A stretch of 54,000 nucleotides of DNA from a virus (Duplodnaviria > Caudoviricetes), in the IMG/VR virus record IMGVR_UViG_3300047316_000404, positions 1 to 54,000 of that record, one strand, 5' to 3'. A program made the translations under genes and the position numbers. The notes beneath the pieces were generated by a model. It worked only from the letters and a program-made list of their open reading frames with translations. It did no database searches and was not told where the DNA came from. Positions 35,401 through 46,292 of the stretch are shown one piece after another. Position 1 is the first letter of the stretch; each line of letters opens with the position of its first letter.

Positions 35401-37491
35401 ATCGCCGCGTGCTGCCGCGGCGTCATCAGCATCCCACCCTTCAATGTGTCCAACGGTGACGTGCTGGTCTTGGGTGTCTTTTTCATACTGGTTGGCATGC
35501 TCCATTAGGGCCCGCTCATAAGCCACATCTGGATCGGAAACGCCCTCCTTCTCCATGATCTCGACAGTACGATCATATATTTTAGGGTCTATCGCGCCAA
35601 GTCCGGCATCATGAGAAAAACCGTCAACGGCACGTTGGATTGCAACGCGGTTAAGCTCAGCCGCGCGCCCACGCTCGCCTGCGGTCGTCGTGCCTTCGCT
35701 GCCTACCCGATACTGTCTGGCTCCGCGGGCCTCTTTGTCGATCAAATCCAGCAGATCAGAGGTGGTCGTCTTGGCCACTCGGCCTTCGAAGTCGCTGGCG
35801 TCGTTGAGATATCTGCCTTCGCGTGTGGCCTTGAGCCACGCCTGATCGAGCGACATGCCGTTCTGACGCAGCAAGTTGCCAAATCCGGGGATCAGACGGT
35901 TTTCCCCCCCGAATATGTCCTTCAACTCCGGAATGTCTTTCTGTAGGCCGCCATTGTGCGCCAGATACTCGAGCAGGCTGTAGAGCTGCTCGTTCTTGGC
36001 GCGTGGCCCCCGCACGGCGGCTGGCGGCTGGACCGGCGGTGCAGGCTCTTGTGTCTCTACCGGTGCAGCCGGGCGCGCTGGCGGCTCGCCGGGCGCGGGC
36101 GCAAACTCTTCGTCGGCGGGTCGCGCCATCCCGGCACCCTTGGCGGCCCGGTTCATGCCCACCATCGCTTGACCGAGATTGGGGTGCTCACTGAGAACGT
36201 CGCCCCCGCGCTTGACCACCCAGCCGGGCTTGGCGTCGTCCTTCTCGATATAAATATCGCCTACCCGCCGGGACGCAGGGATGTTCGCGGGTACCGGCTG
36301 CGGTTGGGCGGCGGGAGGCGGTTCGGCTGGCGGCTCCTCCGGCCGCAGCGGACGTGCCTGCTCCTCGGCGTTGGGCACCCGCGGGAAGTCGCGGGTGACC
36401 GCTTCCTCCCAGGGCCCGGCCGGTGCGGCTTGCTGCTCAGGCGGTGCCTCAGGCTGCACCTTGGCGTCGATCGCCGCCTTGAGCGTGGGGTCCACACCCG
36501 GTTCTGCGGCAGCGGCAGGAGGCTCTTCGTCTACAGGCGCCTTGCCGTAGTCCTCCGCGCCGCCTCTGTCCCCAGCCGGAGCCGTGGTCTCGGGCGTGGC
36601 TGCGGCAGCGCCACCCTCTCCCGGCGTTCCGGCTGCGGGCGGCGGCTGCTCCTTGGCGGTGCCGGCCGCCGCGTCGGATCCCGGGCTGCCGTGTGGCGTG
36701 CCGCTGATCCGCGCTCCCAGCCTGGCGCCTGCCGCTTCGGCCGGGTTGAGGAAGGCACGCTGCTGTGGGAAGGCCGCGCCCACGCCCGCGCTCAACGCAA
36801 TCGCCGCAGGGTCGATCGGCTGGCCCTGACCGTATTCGGACCCTGCTTCGGTGATGCCCGCCAGACCCCCGGAGAACGCCCGCTGTCCAAGCGTTGCGAT
36901 CCTGGCGCCAGTGCCGAAGGGAACCACAGCCGGAAGCACGCTGCCTAATAGCGCCGATTTGGGGTTGGTCTGGGCGTTGGCGGTCCGCAGCAGATCGTCG
37001 TCGAGACCCAGCGCCTTGGCGCCTATGTCCTGCGCCTTGCCTGCCGCATAGCCGGCGATGCCGCCAGTCACGATACCGGCAGCTCCACCGATCAGCGTGC
37101 CACCAAGGGTGCCTAGACCAGGCAGTCCCAGGGTTCCCGCCGCTGCCCCATAACCGCCCATAGTGGCAGCGCCAGTCGCCGCGCCCGCAACCATGGGACC
37201 AACGCCGTGAGCGAACTCACGCAGCGCCGTCCAGAACGGACTCTCAGCCTTCGGTTGCTGTTGTTGATCCGGCTGTTGTTGCCTGGTGCGAAACGCCGCC
37301 CATTCGTCGCCAGCCGCGCGGGATGTCTGCGGCTGACGGAACGCTGCCCATTCGTCGGTCGGTCTGGAGGGCTGCGTCGCAGGCTGCGTGCGGAATGCAG
37401 ACCAGTCGTCTGCTCCGGCGTCCGCTACCTGTGACGGCTGTTCCGACTGAACGTCATCATCGGGTTCATCGTCGTCGTCATCTTCGGCCAT
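32410..37491 (-). CDS. Large internal virion/DNA-ejection protein
   Basis: 1693 aa, last of three coupled large genes; N-terminal D(D/E)WxAFR repeats, Gly/Ala hydrophobic segment, helical C-terminal region. Confidence 0.65.
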   Translation of the reverse strand: MAEDDDDDEPDDDVQSEQPSQVADAGADDWSAFRTQPATQPSRPTDEWAAFRQPQTSRAAGDEWAAFRTRQQQPDQQQQPKAESPFWTALREFAHGVGPMVAGAATGAATMGGYGAAAGTLGLPGLGTLGGTLIGGAAGIVTGGIAGYAAGKAQDIGAKALGLDDDLLRTANAQTNPKSALLGSVLPAVVPFGTGARIATLGQRAFSGGLAGITEAGSEYGQGQPIDPAAIALSAGVGAAFPQQRAFLNPAEAAGARLGARISGTPHGSPGSDAAAGTAKEQPPPAAGTPGEGGAAAATPETTAPAGDRGGAEDYGKAPVDEEPPAAAAEPGVDPTLKAAIDAKVQPEAPPEQQAAPAGPWEEAVTRDFPRVPNAEEQARPLRPEEPPAEPPPAAQPQPVPANIPASRRVGDIYIEKDDAKPGWVVKRGGDVLSEHPNLGQAMVGMNRAAKGAGMARPADEEFAPAPGEPPARPAAPVETQEPAPPVQPPAAVRGPRAKNEQLYSLLEYLAHNGGLQKDIPELKDIFGGENRLIPGFGNLLRQNGMSLDQAWLKATREGRYLNDASDFEGRVAKTTTSDLLDLIDKEARGARQYRVGSEGTTTAGERGRAAELNRVAIQRAVDGFSHDAGLGAIDPKIYDRTVEIMEKEGVSDPDVAYERALMEHANQYEKDTQDQHVTVGHIEGWDADDAAAARGDGRGVREAAAGPEPAGPPAPPDAGEAPRGTVEMGAEGKPQGVIPGAERIGAAELAQRQADQRLKPTAPQRPADEGLFGDTHLQENLFTGGRNELLQQRVNTAADVPNTAAHLRETAAMYRAQGQEGRARQLEQGADAIERSQQQQQQQQQRQQPPRQPPGGTPPTGAPPPLGGTPPTQRPAPTPPARFPFLSKLLRTWQETFQPETISSNALRAEPVFAKMKSAQSGEHDRIFHETQEGEARWNKIPEADRFSFLSDVENGRTVKPEVKADAQHIRRMLDETDKLEKQWGSKAAYRDDYFPHEWEAPRPGQPPLMEYLTQTLGQTGFQKARTIDLIEQGLAGGYKLKNTNPYAAVRSRLLAGADMRMTMEMLGGLEKMQLAGKVKNDAQAATLAKQGWQKVNAPDREQWLISPEIQPIWNNVVAQRGLWGNPGVAGDVFRGWMQFKSAWVPIKLAVSAFHPLHVAHINMSSNLARAADQAIAGDINGAIKSAKQAVTTTFRPAAEVGGKPISAKEVQNQWLLGENARTPEGKLAVQYMEEGGVIPRAPEQFRSAAEQRLSEAWQAGNPFKLAYYAPQELVRRIQAPIFDMWIPRVKIASYLNDAAALMKRRPDLVNNDEARGIALRALGKSTDNRYGEMFYNGLFWNKMTKDLGTGSLLSLGWNLGFAREFGGAAIEAATRPAGKFIPGMAPSAERQIIRDATNKIKFASIYMGTAAMIGGIMTKMFTGENPQDTNDYIFPRVGGLNPDGSPRRLTTMFYLREIPMLQKHVQEQGGGPGGMLGGAMSMLWNKTLFQPIRELVENRDYFGREVWDTNAPGYQKIAQAVRHTFGQQLSPMSVTGAEHAKETGGRPIETPLAYLGFGPAPAYAARTAIQNRIGYLYQNYVSPGAKPYQDDATTHDQQVARNQILLAKQNKDPQALSAARAAAIKAGMKPKSVAAIGKEAGDQYMFQRLPQQHQMAILNQAAPDEIPRYLPHASAATKRQWNAEHQAAAAP

Positions 37492-39512
37492 CAGGGTACT
37501 TGTCCCGGCGATCCGTCAGGTAGAGTTATCAGCGTGCCGCTCGGCAACTTACGTGCTTCCGCGATTGAGCCAACCTTGACTCGCGGTTGGCTACCTGCAG
37601 GCGCCCCCCCACCACCCGATTGGCGCTGAAGCTCCAGGGTGCGACGGACATGCTCATCCCGCAACGCCTTCTCGTCCGGCGTCAACGTATCTTCTCCTTG
37701 GGAATTTGCCTTGGTGTATATGCTCTTAATTAGATCTTGTTTTCCCTTGCTGAATGTATTCAGCGCAGCATCGGCAGATTTCTGCTGGTTGACCCGACGC
37801 GTCTCCTGAATTTTGTAGGCTTCGTTCGTGAACATTCGCTGCGCGTTTGGATCGCTGGTTTCTTTTGCCCGCCGCAGCAGATCCTGAACAGGGTCCGCAA
37901 GAACAGGATTGTTCAATATTTCGCTTGCAGTACGCGCAGGCGCCTCACGCTGCCGCGCACCGAGAGGCGTCTCCATGACCTTTCCGGTCTTGGTGTCGGT
38001 AACGCGCAACAGTCCCGTCTCGGACCCAGGACCGGTAAGACCGATACGCGCAGGAGCCACAGGAGCCACAGGAGCTGTAGGAGCAGCAGCGTAGCCGGTG
38101 CCCACGGTAGCATCGCCACTCGGAGCGACAGTGTCAGGGATTGCATTCTGCGCGCCCACGGGAGCGTTCAAGCTCGGGTTCTGCTCGGCGACTGCCCGCT
38201 GCACGGTTTCGGGGACAGTCAAGCCGGGATTTTGCTCGGCGACGCCTTGCAGCGTGCCGTCTACTTCCTGCGGAGACGCTGCATTGGCGCCGTTAATGTA
38301 ATCAGCGAGACTTTTCTTGGTCGATCCCCACGCCCCGGATACAGCCCCGGATACGGCGCCTGGAACGTCAGCAGACTCCGGAGCATTCGCTTTGCTCCTC
38401 GCCCATTTTTCCTCGGCGGCCCTCTTCAGCAACGTAGCCATGGAGCTGTCGGCTGTAACGGGCTCGGGCGGTGAAGGAGGAGGCAACTGATGTAGATTGA
38501 CACCCTGATTATCATCAGGTGACTGAGTGATGACTTGATCGACAGGCTCTGCAGTATATTGCTGCCAATCATCACCGCCATCGACCTTGCCGCCGTTCGC
38601 GTATCCACGCACCGGACCGCCACCTGCATAACCAGTCGGCGCCTGCTGTTGGCCGACCCGGTGCAATCCGAACATCTTGCGGGTATGCTGCAGCACCTGC
38701 CGCACCTTGTGGATCGGATCGGCGGGATGTTCCGGCACGCGCGGCTGTTTCTGACCGGAGGCGATAGCAAGGTTGTGCCCCACACTGTTGTCAATCACAT
38801 GATCGAAGCTGGTCGCCGGACCCACCAGATAATGATGGAACTGCTGCGGCGTCATGACGTGCTGGCTATGCACGCCGGCACGCGAGCTGACCGTAGCGCC
38901 GACGTTGCCGTCGGGCGTGGGCTGCATCGACAGGCTCTTGCCGTCCGGCACCATGTCGTGGGCCTTGCCGGCGAGATGCGCGGCGGTCCTGATGTCGCCG
39001 TGGGCATGCGCGCCCTGTGCCATGCCAATCATAGCGTCGTAGCGCTTGCGCAGTCCGGCCAGAAGGGCGGCGCGCCTGTTCATGTCGGCACTGGGCTGAA
39101 CAGCCCCACCAGCCGCATAGCCTGCCGAAGCATCAAGCAACCCTTGCTCGGGCGTTAAATAATCCCACTTCGGCGCCGTCGTTGGATACACCGTGTCGTC
39201 ATCTTGCTCGGCGTCCTCGACAGGGCCACCGCGCGCATAACCTAAATTTGTTGGGCCAAATCCTGCATTGGTGCCAAAGTCTGAATTGGTTTGGTTAAAC
39301 CCAGGTTTTGGCGCCTGTCTGCGCACAGTTCGTGGCCTTGAACCCGCGCTACGGCCTACTACACCAGTGTTTACACTGCCTTCACCTGTATCGGGCTCCA
39401 TGCCTGGTTCCGTATCTGGCTCCATGCCAGGTTCGTTATCCGGCTCCGTACCGGGCTCCATGCCAGGCAGGACGTTATTCGCGTAGCCGGGCTTCAATCT
39501 TGCTCTAGCCAT
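37491..39512 (-). CDS. Putative internal virion/ejection protein
   Basis: 673 aa with four GYAxGG motifs; C-terminal LPSGTLITLPDG. Confidence 0.55.
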   Translation of the reverse strand: MARARLKPGYANNVLPGMEPGTEPDNEPGMEPDTEPGMEPDTGEGSVNTGVVGRSAGSRPRTVRRQAPKPGFNQTNSDFGTNAGFGPTNLGYARGGPVEDAEQDDDTVYPTTAPKWDYLTPEQGLLDASAGYAAGGAVQPSADMNRRAALLAGLRKRYDAMIGMAQGAHAHGDIRTAAHLAGKAHDMVPDGKSLSMQPTPDGNVGATVSSRAGVHSQHVMTPQQFHHYLVGPATSFDHVIDNSVGHNLAIASGQKQPRVPEHPADPIHKVRQVLQHTRKMFGLHRVGQQQAPTGYAGGGPVRGYANGGKVDGGDDWQQYTAEPVDQVITQSPDDNQGVNLHQLPPPSPPEPVTADSSMATLLKRAAEEKWARSKANAPESADVPGAVSGAVSGAWGSTKKSLADYINGANAASPQEVDGTLQGVAEQNPGLTVPETVQRAVAEQNPSLNAPVGAQNAIPDTVAPSGDATVGTGYAAAPTAPVAPVAPARIGLTGPGSETGLLRVTDTKTGKVMETPLGARQREAPARTASEILNNPVLADPVQDLLRRAKETSDPNAQRMFTNEAYKIQETRRVNQQKSADAALNTFSKGKQDLIKSIYTKANSQGEDTLTPDEKALRDEHVRRTLELQRQSGGGGAPAGSQPRVKVGSIAEARKLPSGTLITLPDGSPGQVP
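39388..39467 (-). repeat. Coding tandem repeat (12/24-bp units, PGME-PDTE)
   Basis: PGMEPGTEPDNEPGMEPDTEPGMEPDT. Confidence 0.7.
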
Positions 39513-40576
39513 CAGCTTGCTCCATAACCGACTTGAGCGCCGTCACTGCCTGCCGTTGCACGAGCTTTACGTGCTTGTGCCATAAGTTTATAGAAGTGGG
39601 CTTGGCCAAGCCATTGAGTTACATCGCGAGGCACAACAAATTCCCCGGCATTAAGCCGGGCGCTCACGTCGTCAACTTGTTGTCCATTGGACGGACTGTC
39701 AGTATACGAAACATCGCCACCAGGCTGATACCCGATCGAGTTATCCGGCACCGCGCCACCTGCCGCCATTGCGGTATGGTAAAAAATACCTGTACCGGTA
39801 TCCAGTCGGTTACTGTAGCTGCCGCCACCGCTGCCGCCGCTGCCGCCGCTCATGCCGAAGCTGGACCCAGACGACGCCGAGGAGCCAGACGATTCCTGTC
39901 CCAACGGCGCGTATTTCAAACTACTGGCGGTCCCAAGCAGCGCGTTCGCCGCATTGGCCGCGCCATAACCGGTATTGACGTTCTGCAAGCTGGACGCAAT
40001 CGCCTGGTTCTGCATGGCGTTTCCGGTGGCAACGTCGGCCATGCGCTGCTGGTTACCGGCGCCCGCTGCACTAGCGCCTGCCTGTACTCGCGCAGCTTGA
40101 TCCAGCCCGGCATAGCGTCCAGCCGAAGGATCGATGCCATAGCTCTGCAGATCGCTGAGCGCGCTCTGCCGGCCGGCCTCGGACGCCTGCTGCACCCCTG
40201 CCTCGGCCTGTCCCATGTCGACCGCTTGCCGTTGCGGCGACGCATATGACAAGGCATTGCGCATCATGCTGTCGATGTTGCCCTGGTTCTTGTTGTATTG
40301 ATCCATGCCCCATTGATAGACCTGCGGGGCCATGTTCTGAGCTTGTTTGGCAATGCTCTCCAGGATCGGTGTTTCGGAATAATCGGGGATGAACGACATG
40401 CTCTGTTGAGCGCTTTGCGCCTGATTGGCGCTGGTGTTCATGCCAAGCCCACCGAGACCATACATCTTCGCTTGTAGCGCGCTCTGCAGCAAAGGCGACA
40501 TGCCGGATGGGTAACCAGGAATTTGCCCGCCAACAGGCTCCGCAGCCTGCAGTAGTTCATTAGGATCAAAAGCCAT
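39512..40576 (-). CDS. Putative internal virion/ejection protein
   Basis: Ala/Gln/Gly/Ser-rich; DDVSARLNAGEFVVP motif. Confidence 0.6.
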   Translation of the reverse strand: MAFDPNELLQAAEPVGGQIPGYPSGMSPLLQSALQAKMYGLGGLGMNTSANQAQSAQQSMSFIPDYSETPILESIAKQAQNMAPQVYQWGMDQYNKNQGNIDSMMRNALSYASPQRQAVDMGQAEAGVQQASEAGRQSALSDLQSYGIDPSAGRYAGLDQAARVQAGASAAGAGNQQRMADVATGNAMQNQAIASSLQNVNTGYGAANAANALLGTASSLKYAPLGQESSGSSASSGSSFGMSGGSGGSGGGSYSNRLDTGTGIFYHTAMAAGGAVPDNSIGYQPGGDVSYTDSPSNGQQVDDVSARLNAGEFVVPRDVTQWLGQAHFYKLMAQARKARATAGSDGAQVGYGAS

Positions 40577-40579
40577 CGA

Positions 40580-41896
40580 TCAACTCCTGATTTTAAGCCT
40601 TGGCCGCGACCGGCTAACAGCCGTCGCGGTTGGATCATCCGGCACCCCGTGCAAGCTGGGGTCCGGCTTGTAGGGCTCGATCAATCCGGTTGGACTGAAG
40701 TGTCCAACAAACCCGGTATTACGACCGGCAATCCAGTCCTTCGTCCCGTGCAACAGAATTTCCGGCGACCTGCCCAATATAGCGTGCGTCTTCTCTGGAG
40801 ACTCTGGCTCTCCCGAAGCGGTGACGAAAGCACGGCGGATTTCCGTATTGCCGGTATCCAACGTAAGACCGGTAAAAATCTGCAGTTCCGCCATGATGGC
40901 GTGCTTGTTGCTAACTGTACCACGGGATTGGGTAAGTATTTCCGAACTACCGGGAACCCACAATGGGCTGGCCGGAATGGGCCCGTAGCCCATGGAAGCT
41001 GTCGCCGCGCTTCCAAACTGGCCGGTATAAGGTGATCGCTGATCGGGGTCGTAAATCAGACTGGCTATGTGCATGATTTGGCTGCAAGCAACCACATTCG
41101 GGTCGCCCATCCCATCGTGTATTCCTATCCACGATGCCGGTAAATCCGGCCCACTCTTGTTTGCGTCATCGAATGCACAAAAGAACGTGCTGGTGGTAGA
41201 TACTCTCCCGGCGTAAGGCTGATTTGCAAAAAAATCGTTCACCGTCATGCTATGGCTTGACTCCGCGCCCAACCCCCACGAAATCAGCAAATGATGCCAT
41301 TGATCAGGCGCGACATCGACACTGCCGCCAAACGGACCGTGCTGACCAGCATGGGAATTACCTACGGCGCCTTCCTGCATCCCGTCGTCCGTGTAGGACG
41401 CATCGGAAACCACCGGTACCACAGCTATAAAACCGGAACCCGGCGCGATCTCGATCGGCGGATAGGCGCAAGAAAACCCTGGGCCAATGTTACCGCTTGA
41501 ATTGACGCACGACACCCCATTATTTGGTTGAATGTGAACATACAAACTTGGGGATTGCCCCGGCCTACATTGAACCCCTATGCACGATTGTTGAACCGGA
41601 CAACGGTGTGACCCGCTGACGTAAGCTAGACTATCGGTAAACGGATGGTCAGGTACACCTGGATTAGGGCACGATACTTCCGGAGTTTCGAACTCCCAAA
41701 TAGTAGCTGTTTGTTGCGTGCCGAACATGATAAGCGGAACAACGAAGGCCATCACTTCGCAATCTTCACTAGACGTCAGTAGCGAAGCATCACGATCCTG
41801 CACAGCGAACACCGCATCGGATGGCAGCAAGAACCACAACGAAATAGTGGCCTTGTTCATACTCAAATCTGACATATCGCCAGTCAGATAGCTCAT
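40580..41896 (-). CDS. Virion protein with LamG/ConA-like motifs
   Basis: ATISLWF, DQWHHLLISW, MAELQIF. Confidence 0.55.
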   Translation of the reverse strand: MSYLTGDMSDLSMNKATISLWFLLPSDAVFAVQDRDASLLTSSEDCEVMAFVVPLIMFGTQQTATIWEFETPEVSCPNPGVPDHPFTDSLAYVSGSHRCPVQQSCIGVQCRPGQSPSLYVHIQPNNGVSCVNSSGNIGPGFSCAYPPIEIAPGSGFIAVVPVVSDASYTDDGMQEGAVGNSHAGQHGPFGGSVDVAPDQWHHLLISWGLGAESSHSMTVNDFFANQPYAGRVSTTSTFFCAFDDANKSGPDLPASWIGIHDGMGDPNVVACSQIMHIASLIYDPDQRSPYTGQFGSAATASMGYGPIPASPLWVPGSSEILTQSRGTVSNKHAIMAELQIFTGLTLDTGNTEIRRAFVTASGEPESPEKTHAILGRSPEILLHGTKDWIAGRNTGFVGHFSPTGLIEPYKPDPSLHGVPDDPTATAVSRSRPRLKIRS

Positions 41897-42078
41897 CAGT
41901 CCTCCCCGTCGAAAAATTCCACCGCAAGCCCGAATTTATCTTTGTCTTTGTCCACCGGCTCGCGCCAATGCACGCCGACGATACGCTGAAAGAAATCCTC
42001 CCCATAGGCTGGCAATTTGCCGCCGCCTTCCGCGTACATGTATGGGTTTGGCCCAGGCATCAGTAATTCCACTGCCAC
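41896..42078 (-). CDS. Small hypothetical protein
   Basis: Coupled to both neighbours. Confidence 0.45.
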   Translation of the reverse strand: MAVELLMPGPNPYMYAEGGGKLPAYGEDFFQRIVGVHWREPVDKDKDKFGLAVEFFDGED

Positions 42079-42389
42079 AAGCCGTTGGTCAGTTGATCCT
42101 GGAACGTCAGTTGCGCTATGCGTTCGACGTCAACCCACTGCTGATCATCGTTGGGATTGAAAATCCGCACAGGCGTCACAACGCGGTTTACTTCCTGCCA
42201 TTGCGGAATGCCGGTGGGATTGAGTATGTAAATGATCTGATTGATGGCGCGAATGGCCGACGGCAGGTCGACCGGACGCGGTATGGCCACCGACGCACGC
42301 TGTGCCGCAGGCGTCTGTGAACGTGACGTAGGGCAGACGGGAGCCAAGCTTCCGTTCGCGAACGTCATGGGTCTGAGAGGTCTGTTCAT
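42060..42389 (-). CDS. Hypothetical virion-module protein
   Basis: AGGAG ribosome-binding site; VRIFNPNDDQQWVDVERI. Confidence 0.55.
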   Translation of the reverse strand: MNRPLRPMTFANGSLAPVCPTSRSQTPAAQRASVAIPRPVDLPSAIRAINQIIYILNPTGIPQWQEVNRVVTPVRIFNPNDDQQWVDVERIAQLTFQDQLTNGLWQWNY

Positions 42390-42403
42390 CTGCATGTCTC
42401 CTG

Positions 42404-44668
42404 CTAAATCGTCCCCAGCTCTTTGACCGACGTCGCAACTTGCCAATTACTGACCTGAACGCGGCCCTCAATTTCGAACTGCCAAGCCTCGACCTTCTCG
42501 CCGGAGTAAATGCGCAACAACTCGCCGCTCCTGCGCAGCTCGCGTGTCGTGTAAAGCTCGTCATCTGCATAAACCCGCACGATCCCGTACTGATCAGGAG
42601 CCAGCACCGGCTGTGGGTCGCTGGTATCCCGGTCGCCCTGTGCCGGCGTAGTCTCCGGAACAGTGAACCATAGTTTCATAGCAGCAAAATTCTTCGCGCT
42701 CATTTGTTGGTAAATCTTGGACCGCCACTTGTACGGTACGATGACCGGGTTCAAATCCGTGAAATCGTAAAACCAAATACCACCGTCCTGCACCAAAAGA
42801 CCGACGCCGGTCCACGGATCAAGCAGCACGTTGTCGATATCGAACCCGTTGGGCGAGTTCAGCTGCGAGAACCCAAGCCTGTGGCCACCAGGCTGGGGCC
42901 ATACGGTGAAGGAAGTCTGGTCCTGCGCCGACAGCTCGACCGTATATCCGTCACGCGCAAACGAAACATCGGCGCCGGCTACCGTTCCAAACGCGAAGTA
43001 AGACGTCGCATGCTTGATCGCCCGCACATGCTGCTGCGGCGTAAGTGCCTGCCAACGCTCGCGCGTAATCCAACCTTCGGTGACATTGGCGCCGGCTCCC
43101 GATTGGCTGATCTGAATCAAGCCGTTCTGACTTACATACAGCACTGTCGTGTCGGTGGAGACGATCGACCCCCTGTGCAGGCACGGCTCCGGCAGGTTGA
43201 CCTTGATCATCGACATGGAAGCCGGGTTGACGCCGGTGATGACATACGGCGTGCTCTGCGTGCAGACCACGATCGCCTGCCCGCACACACCAATCCCAAC
43301 GATGGGAAACTCGGTCGTCAACACGTAGTTGGGCGGCCAAGCATGCGGACGATAGGGCTCGGAAAACCAAATTTCGTTGTCTTTCCAGCCAATCGCGATG
43401 CCGTTGGGAAACACCACGAACCCCTGCAAATCGACTGGTGGCCCAAACCAATAAAGCGACTCCAGCTGTGAATTGAGCGCCACAGTAGCGTCGTCGATGG
43501 TGTCGACATAGACCGCCTGGGTCACCGGGATTTCCGCAACCAGAAAATAAGTGCCCTGCCCAGACAGGTTGGTGATGGACCGATAGATGCGGGTATGAGT
43601 GATGTTGCGATCCACTCCCATGTCGGCAGGTGTCGGCGTAAACAGGCTTACGGTCCAGGTCGCATTCGACCAGCCGTTGACGACCGACGGATCGGAAGGC
43701 GGACCTTCCTCGCCATAAGCCGTCACCCAGGTGTAGACATAAGCCCTGGCTGTGAAGACCGACGCCCCCAGCAAGTCGCCCCACATCTGCCAGACCGGGC
43801 CCCCGCCCGTCGTCGACACAGGATCGGGCGGTCCGTTGGAATAGGTATTGATGGATGTGCGTCCGTTGCTGACGCGCGTATCCGCAATCGACAAATAGAA
43901 CGGATTGTCGTGTGCAATCCCCACCCAATATGTCGTATTTGAAATGACGCTGACGCCGTTTGTAATCCCACTGCTGGCCGCAACTCCAGATGAAATGCCG
44001 GTGACCTGATTGCCAACACCCAGCAATTGATCCGGCGCACCGTTGAGATCGCTGTAGACCACAGCCTGGTAATTCAACGCCCCGTCGGTGGACGCCGGCA
44101 TGAAACTGACGCTCTGAACCAGCATGCTGCCGTCAGGGACGATTGGGGTCAGAAAAATATCGTTGCCGGGCCGATAGTTGGTCAGACCAGCGGCGGCAGG
44201 CAGCACCGTCACATTGCCCACCTGGCTCGTGTCGCCACCGCCATCCACCGTCACACCAGGCGGGCACCCAGATGCCGGCACTCCCAACAGCCAGGCCGGA
44301 TCACCGTTGAGAATACGATCGTAGGTGTTGTACTTCGGCGGCGTGGAAGGCGAAGACCAGTAATAGCGTTGGAAACTATCGTCTACCACGGGCGAACGAA
44401 TAACGCGCGTGTCGGCATCCTCTGCCTCAAACCAAAAGCCATCGTTTGCAGTAATGGATGTGTTATTCGTCGCTCTATTGGGGATTCTATAAGCGTATTT
44501 TGAAGCACTATTTTTTAACGTATAGAGTAATTTCGGTTGGCGCCAGCCCTGCAACTCGCCGGAAAAGAGGTAGGCGTTTAGAGAGTATGCGCTTTGGCCA
44601 TCGGGGAGTAATCGGTCCGACCAAGCCGGGAGCATTCCGCCGAAACGATCCAACTTTATTGCAGACAA
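42404..44668 (-). CDS. Tail tubular/stabilisation (nozzle-like) protein
   Basis: FGGMLP N-terminus, AYVYTWVTAYGEEGPPS, WFSEPYRPHAWP, YKWRSK; TTG start. Confidence 0.7.
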   Translation of the reverse strand: MSAIKLDRFGGMLPAWSDRLLPDGQSAYSLNAYLFSGELQGWRQPKLLYTLKNSASKYAYRIPNRATNNTSITANDGFWFEAEDADTRVIRSPVVDDSFQRYYWSSPSTPPKYNTYDRILNGDPAWLLGVPASGCPPGVTVDGGGDTSQVGNVTVLPAAAGLTNYRPGNDIFLTPIVPDGSMLVQSVSFMPASTDGALNYQAVVYSDLNGAPDQLLGVGNQVTGISSGVAASSGITNGVSVISNTTYWVGIAHDNPFYLSIADTRVSNGRTSINTYSNGPPDPVSTTGGGPVWQMWGDLLGASVFTARAYVYTWVTAYGEEGPPSDPSVVNGWSNATWTVSLFTPTPADMGVDRNITHTRIYRSITNLSGQGTYFLVAEIPVTQAVYVDTIDDATVALNSQLESLYWFGPPVDLQGFVVFPNGIAIGWKDNEIWFSEPYRPHAWPPNYVLTTEFPIVGIGVCGQAIVVCTQSTPYVITGVNPASMSMIKVNLPEPCLHRGSIVSTDTTVLYVSQNGLIQISQSGAGANVTEGWITRERWQALTPQQHVRAIKHATSYFAFGTVAGADVSFARDGYTVELSAQDQTSFTVWPQPGGHRLGFSQLNSPNGFDIDNVLLDPWTGVGLLVQDGGIWFYDFTDLNPVIVPYKWRSKIYQQMSAKNFAAMKLWFTVPETTPAQGDRDTSDPQPVLAPDQYGIVRVYADDELYTTRELRRSGELLRIYSGEKVEAWQFEIEGRVQVSNWQVATSVKELGTI

Positions 44669-44752
44669 CCTGCTCTCCTGCTAAAGTGCGCAGCGAGGTG
44701 GCGCTATCAACGCCATCTCGCCACTTGACCCTCGAACCGTAGGAGCGGATCG

Positions 44753-45259
44753 ATGCCCAAAGCGATTGATATCACAGGGCAGCGTGTTGGTCGCCTGGTT
44801 GCTATCCAACCAACCCGCAAACGTGCCCACGGTAAAGTGCTGTGGCTTTGCCTTTGTGAATGTGGGAAACGTACACTTGTACCTGCAGGTGCCTTTCGAC
44901 GTGGTAGAATACACGCCTGCAAACATCACAAAAGCGGAACGAATAACCCTAACTATCGACACGGCTTTGCTGACAGTAAAAATCAAAAAGCGCATCCGCT
45001 CTATGAAGCTTGGTGTCAAATGCACCAACGCTGCCGAAATCCGTCGCACCCACGATTTAAAGACTATGGAGGGCGAGGTATTAACGTATACAAACGATGG
45101 AACAACTTCGCTGCATATCTTGCTTATGTTGGAGAACGTCCTCATCCTAGCCTCTCATTAGACCGTATCGATAACAATAAAGGCTATTTTCCTGGAAACG
45201 TTCGCTGGGCTACTAGCAAAGAACAACGAGCTAACAGTCGCTCTCCACGTAAAAAATAG
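44753..45259 (+). CDS. HNH homing endonuclease
   Basis: WLCLCECG, WCQMHQRC, YGGRGI, SLDRIDNNKGYFPGNVRWAT; AT-rich and antisense to the operon. Confidence 0.9.
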   Translation: MPKAIDITGQRVGRLVAIQPTRKRAHGKVLWLCLCECGKRTLVPAGAFRRGRIHACKHHKSGTNNPNYRHGFADSKNQKAHPLYEAWCQMHQRCRNPSHPRFKDYGGRGINVYKRWNNFAAYLAYVGERPHPSLSLDRIDNNKGYFPGNVRWATSKEQRANSRSPRKK

Positions 45260-45314
45260 CCGTCATTTTCTCACGCCAACTGTTGCCACTTGTCCGTCTT
45301 AATTGCAGACATAG

Positions 45315-45551
45315 TTACCGCTGCCCTGCCTTGCGCCGGTTCTCCACATCCTCGGGACTGCCGCACCACGGCACACCCGGAGCAGCCCCGCCCACATCGC
45401 CATGCGCCGCGCACTGTGTAGAGCCAGGTGGGGCTGACTCGAACTCCGGCGGCGATACCGCACCGCCATCCGCATAACCCTTACGCAACAACGAACTGTC
45501 ACCGGTCTTGCCGAACTTCAAATGCACGGGATTGGAATGCTTGTACGTCAT
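45315..45551 (-). CDS. Small hypothetical protein with YADGG motif
   Basis: AAGGA ribosome-binding site. Confidence 0.55.
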   Translation of the reverse strand: MTYKHSNPVHLKFGKTGDSSLLRKGYADGGAVSPPEFESAPPGSTQCAAHGDVGGAAPGVPWCGSPEDVENRRKAGQR

Positions 45552-45574
45552 TTGCTTTCCTTCTTCGGCTGTCG

Positions 45575-46075
45575 TCATTTTCTCACGCCGAGTGTCGCTC
45601 CTGATGTAGGGAACACGTCGCCTTGGGATGGGTTAGGTGCATAGACCGGCGTCATGGTGCCGGCCCGTTCCCGTTCGTCGGCCGCGATCTTCCGCTGGAC
45701 TTCGCGGTTGCGCTCGATTTCCGCCTCGGCCTTCGCCACCATGGCTCGCCCCATCGCGACCTCGGCATCGTATTCCGCCTGCTGCCGCGGCGTGCGATGC
45801 GGTGCCGGAGTGATCTCGACCGGCTTCTCCTCGCGCATTTGCCGGATACGCTCGAGCAACTGATCGCGCGTTGCAGGCTCGAGGTTCACGTTCGAACTCG
45901 CCTGCTTGAGGTCGTCCTCCTCGATCAGGCGAGCCGCCACCTCCTGGGAGGCGCGATGGGCTTTTTGCCTTGTTTCGGCTTCGGATCTCTCGAGAGCGAT
46001 GCGCGCGGATTCGTCGCGAATTTTGGCGACCCGTTCTTCCGCCTTGATGATCGAGTCGGTTTTTTGCTGAGCCAT
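45575..46075 (-). CDS. Coiled-coil hypothetical protein
   Basis: GGAG ribosome-binding site; charged helical composition. Confidence 0.65.
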   Translation of the reverse strand: MAQQKTDSIIKAEERVAKIRDESARIALERSEAETRQKAHRASQEVAARLIEEDDLKQASSNVNLEPATRDQLLERIRQMREEKPVEITPAPHRTPRQQAEYDAEVAMGRAMVAKAEAEIERNREVQRKIAADERERAGTMTPVYAPNPSQGDVFPTSGATLGVRK

Positions 46076-46076
46076 C

Positions 46077-46283
46077 TTATGCAGCTCCGGTAGCTAGCGC
46101 AGCGCAAACCCCGCCAGCCGCACGTTGATCGAGTGTCGGAGAGCCACAGACGACGCGCAGCTGCTCCCACGCACCGCCAGCCGCATACTGATTGTACGTA
46201 GTACCCGGACCCTGAGCATCAGCATCCGATATTTGCTTGAAAACACCGCCTGCATTGTACTGGTTGAACACGATAACAGCCAT
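46077..46283 (-). CDS. Small protein with three (N/D)QxxAGG repeats
   Basis: NQYNAGG, NQYAAGG, DQRAAGG; AGGAGG ribosome-binding site. Confidence 0.6.
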   Translation of the reverse strand: MAVIVFNQYNAGGVFKQISDADAQGPGTTYNQYAAGGAWEQLRVVCGSPTLDQRAAGGVCAALATGAA

Positions 46284-46292
46284 GTTGTCCTC

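Noticed and set aside
44669-45312. Group I intron carrying the HNH gene
   Set aside because: The HNH gene is antisense, no intron core was recognised, and the downstream gene has its own start and ribosome-binding site
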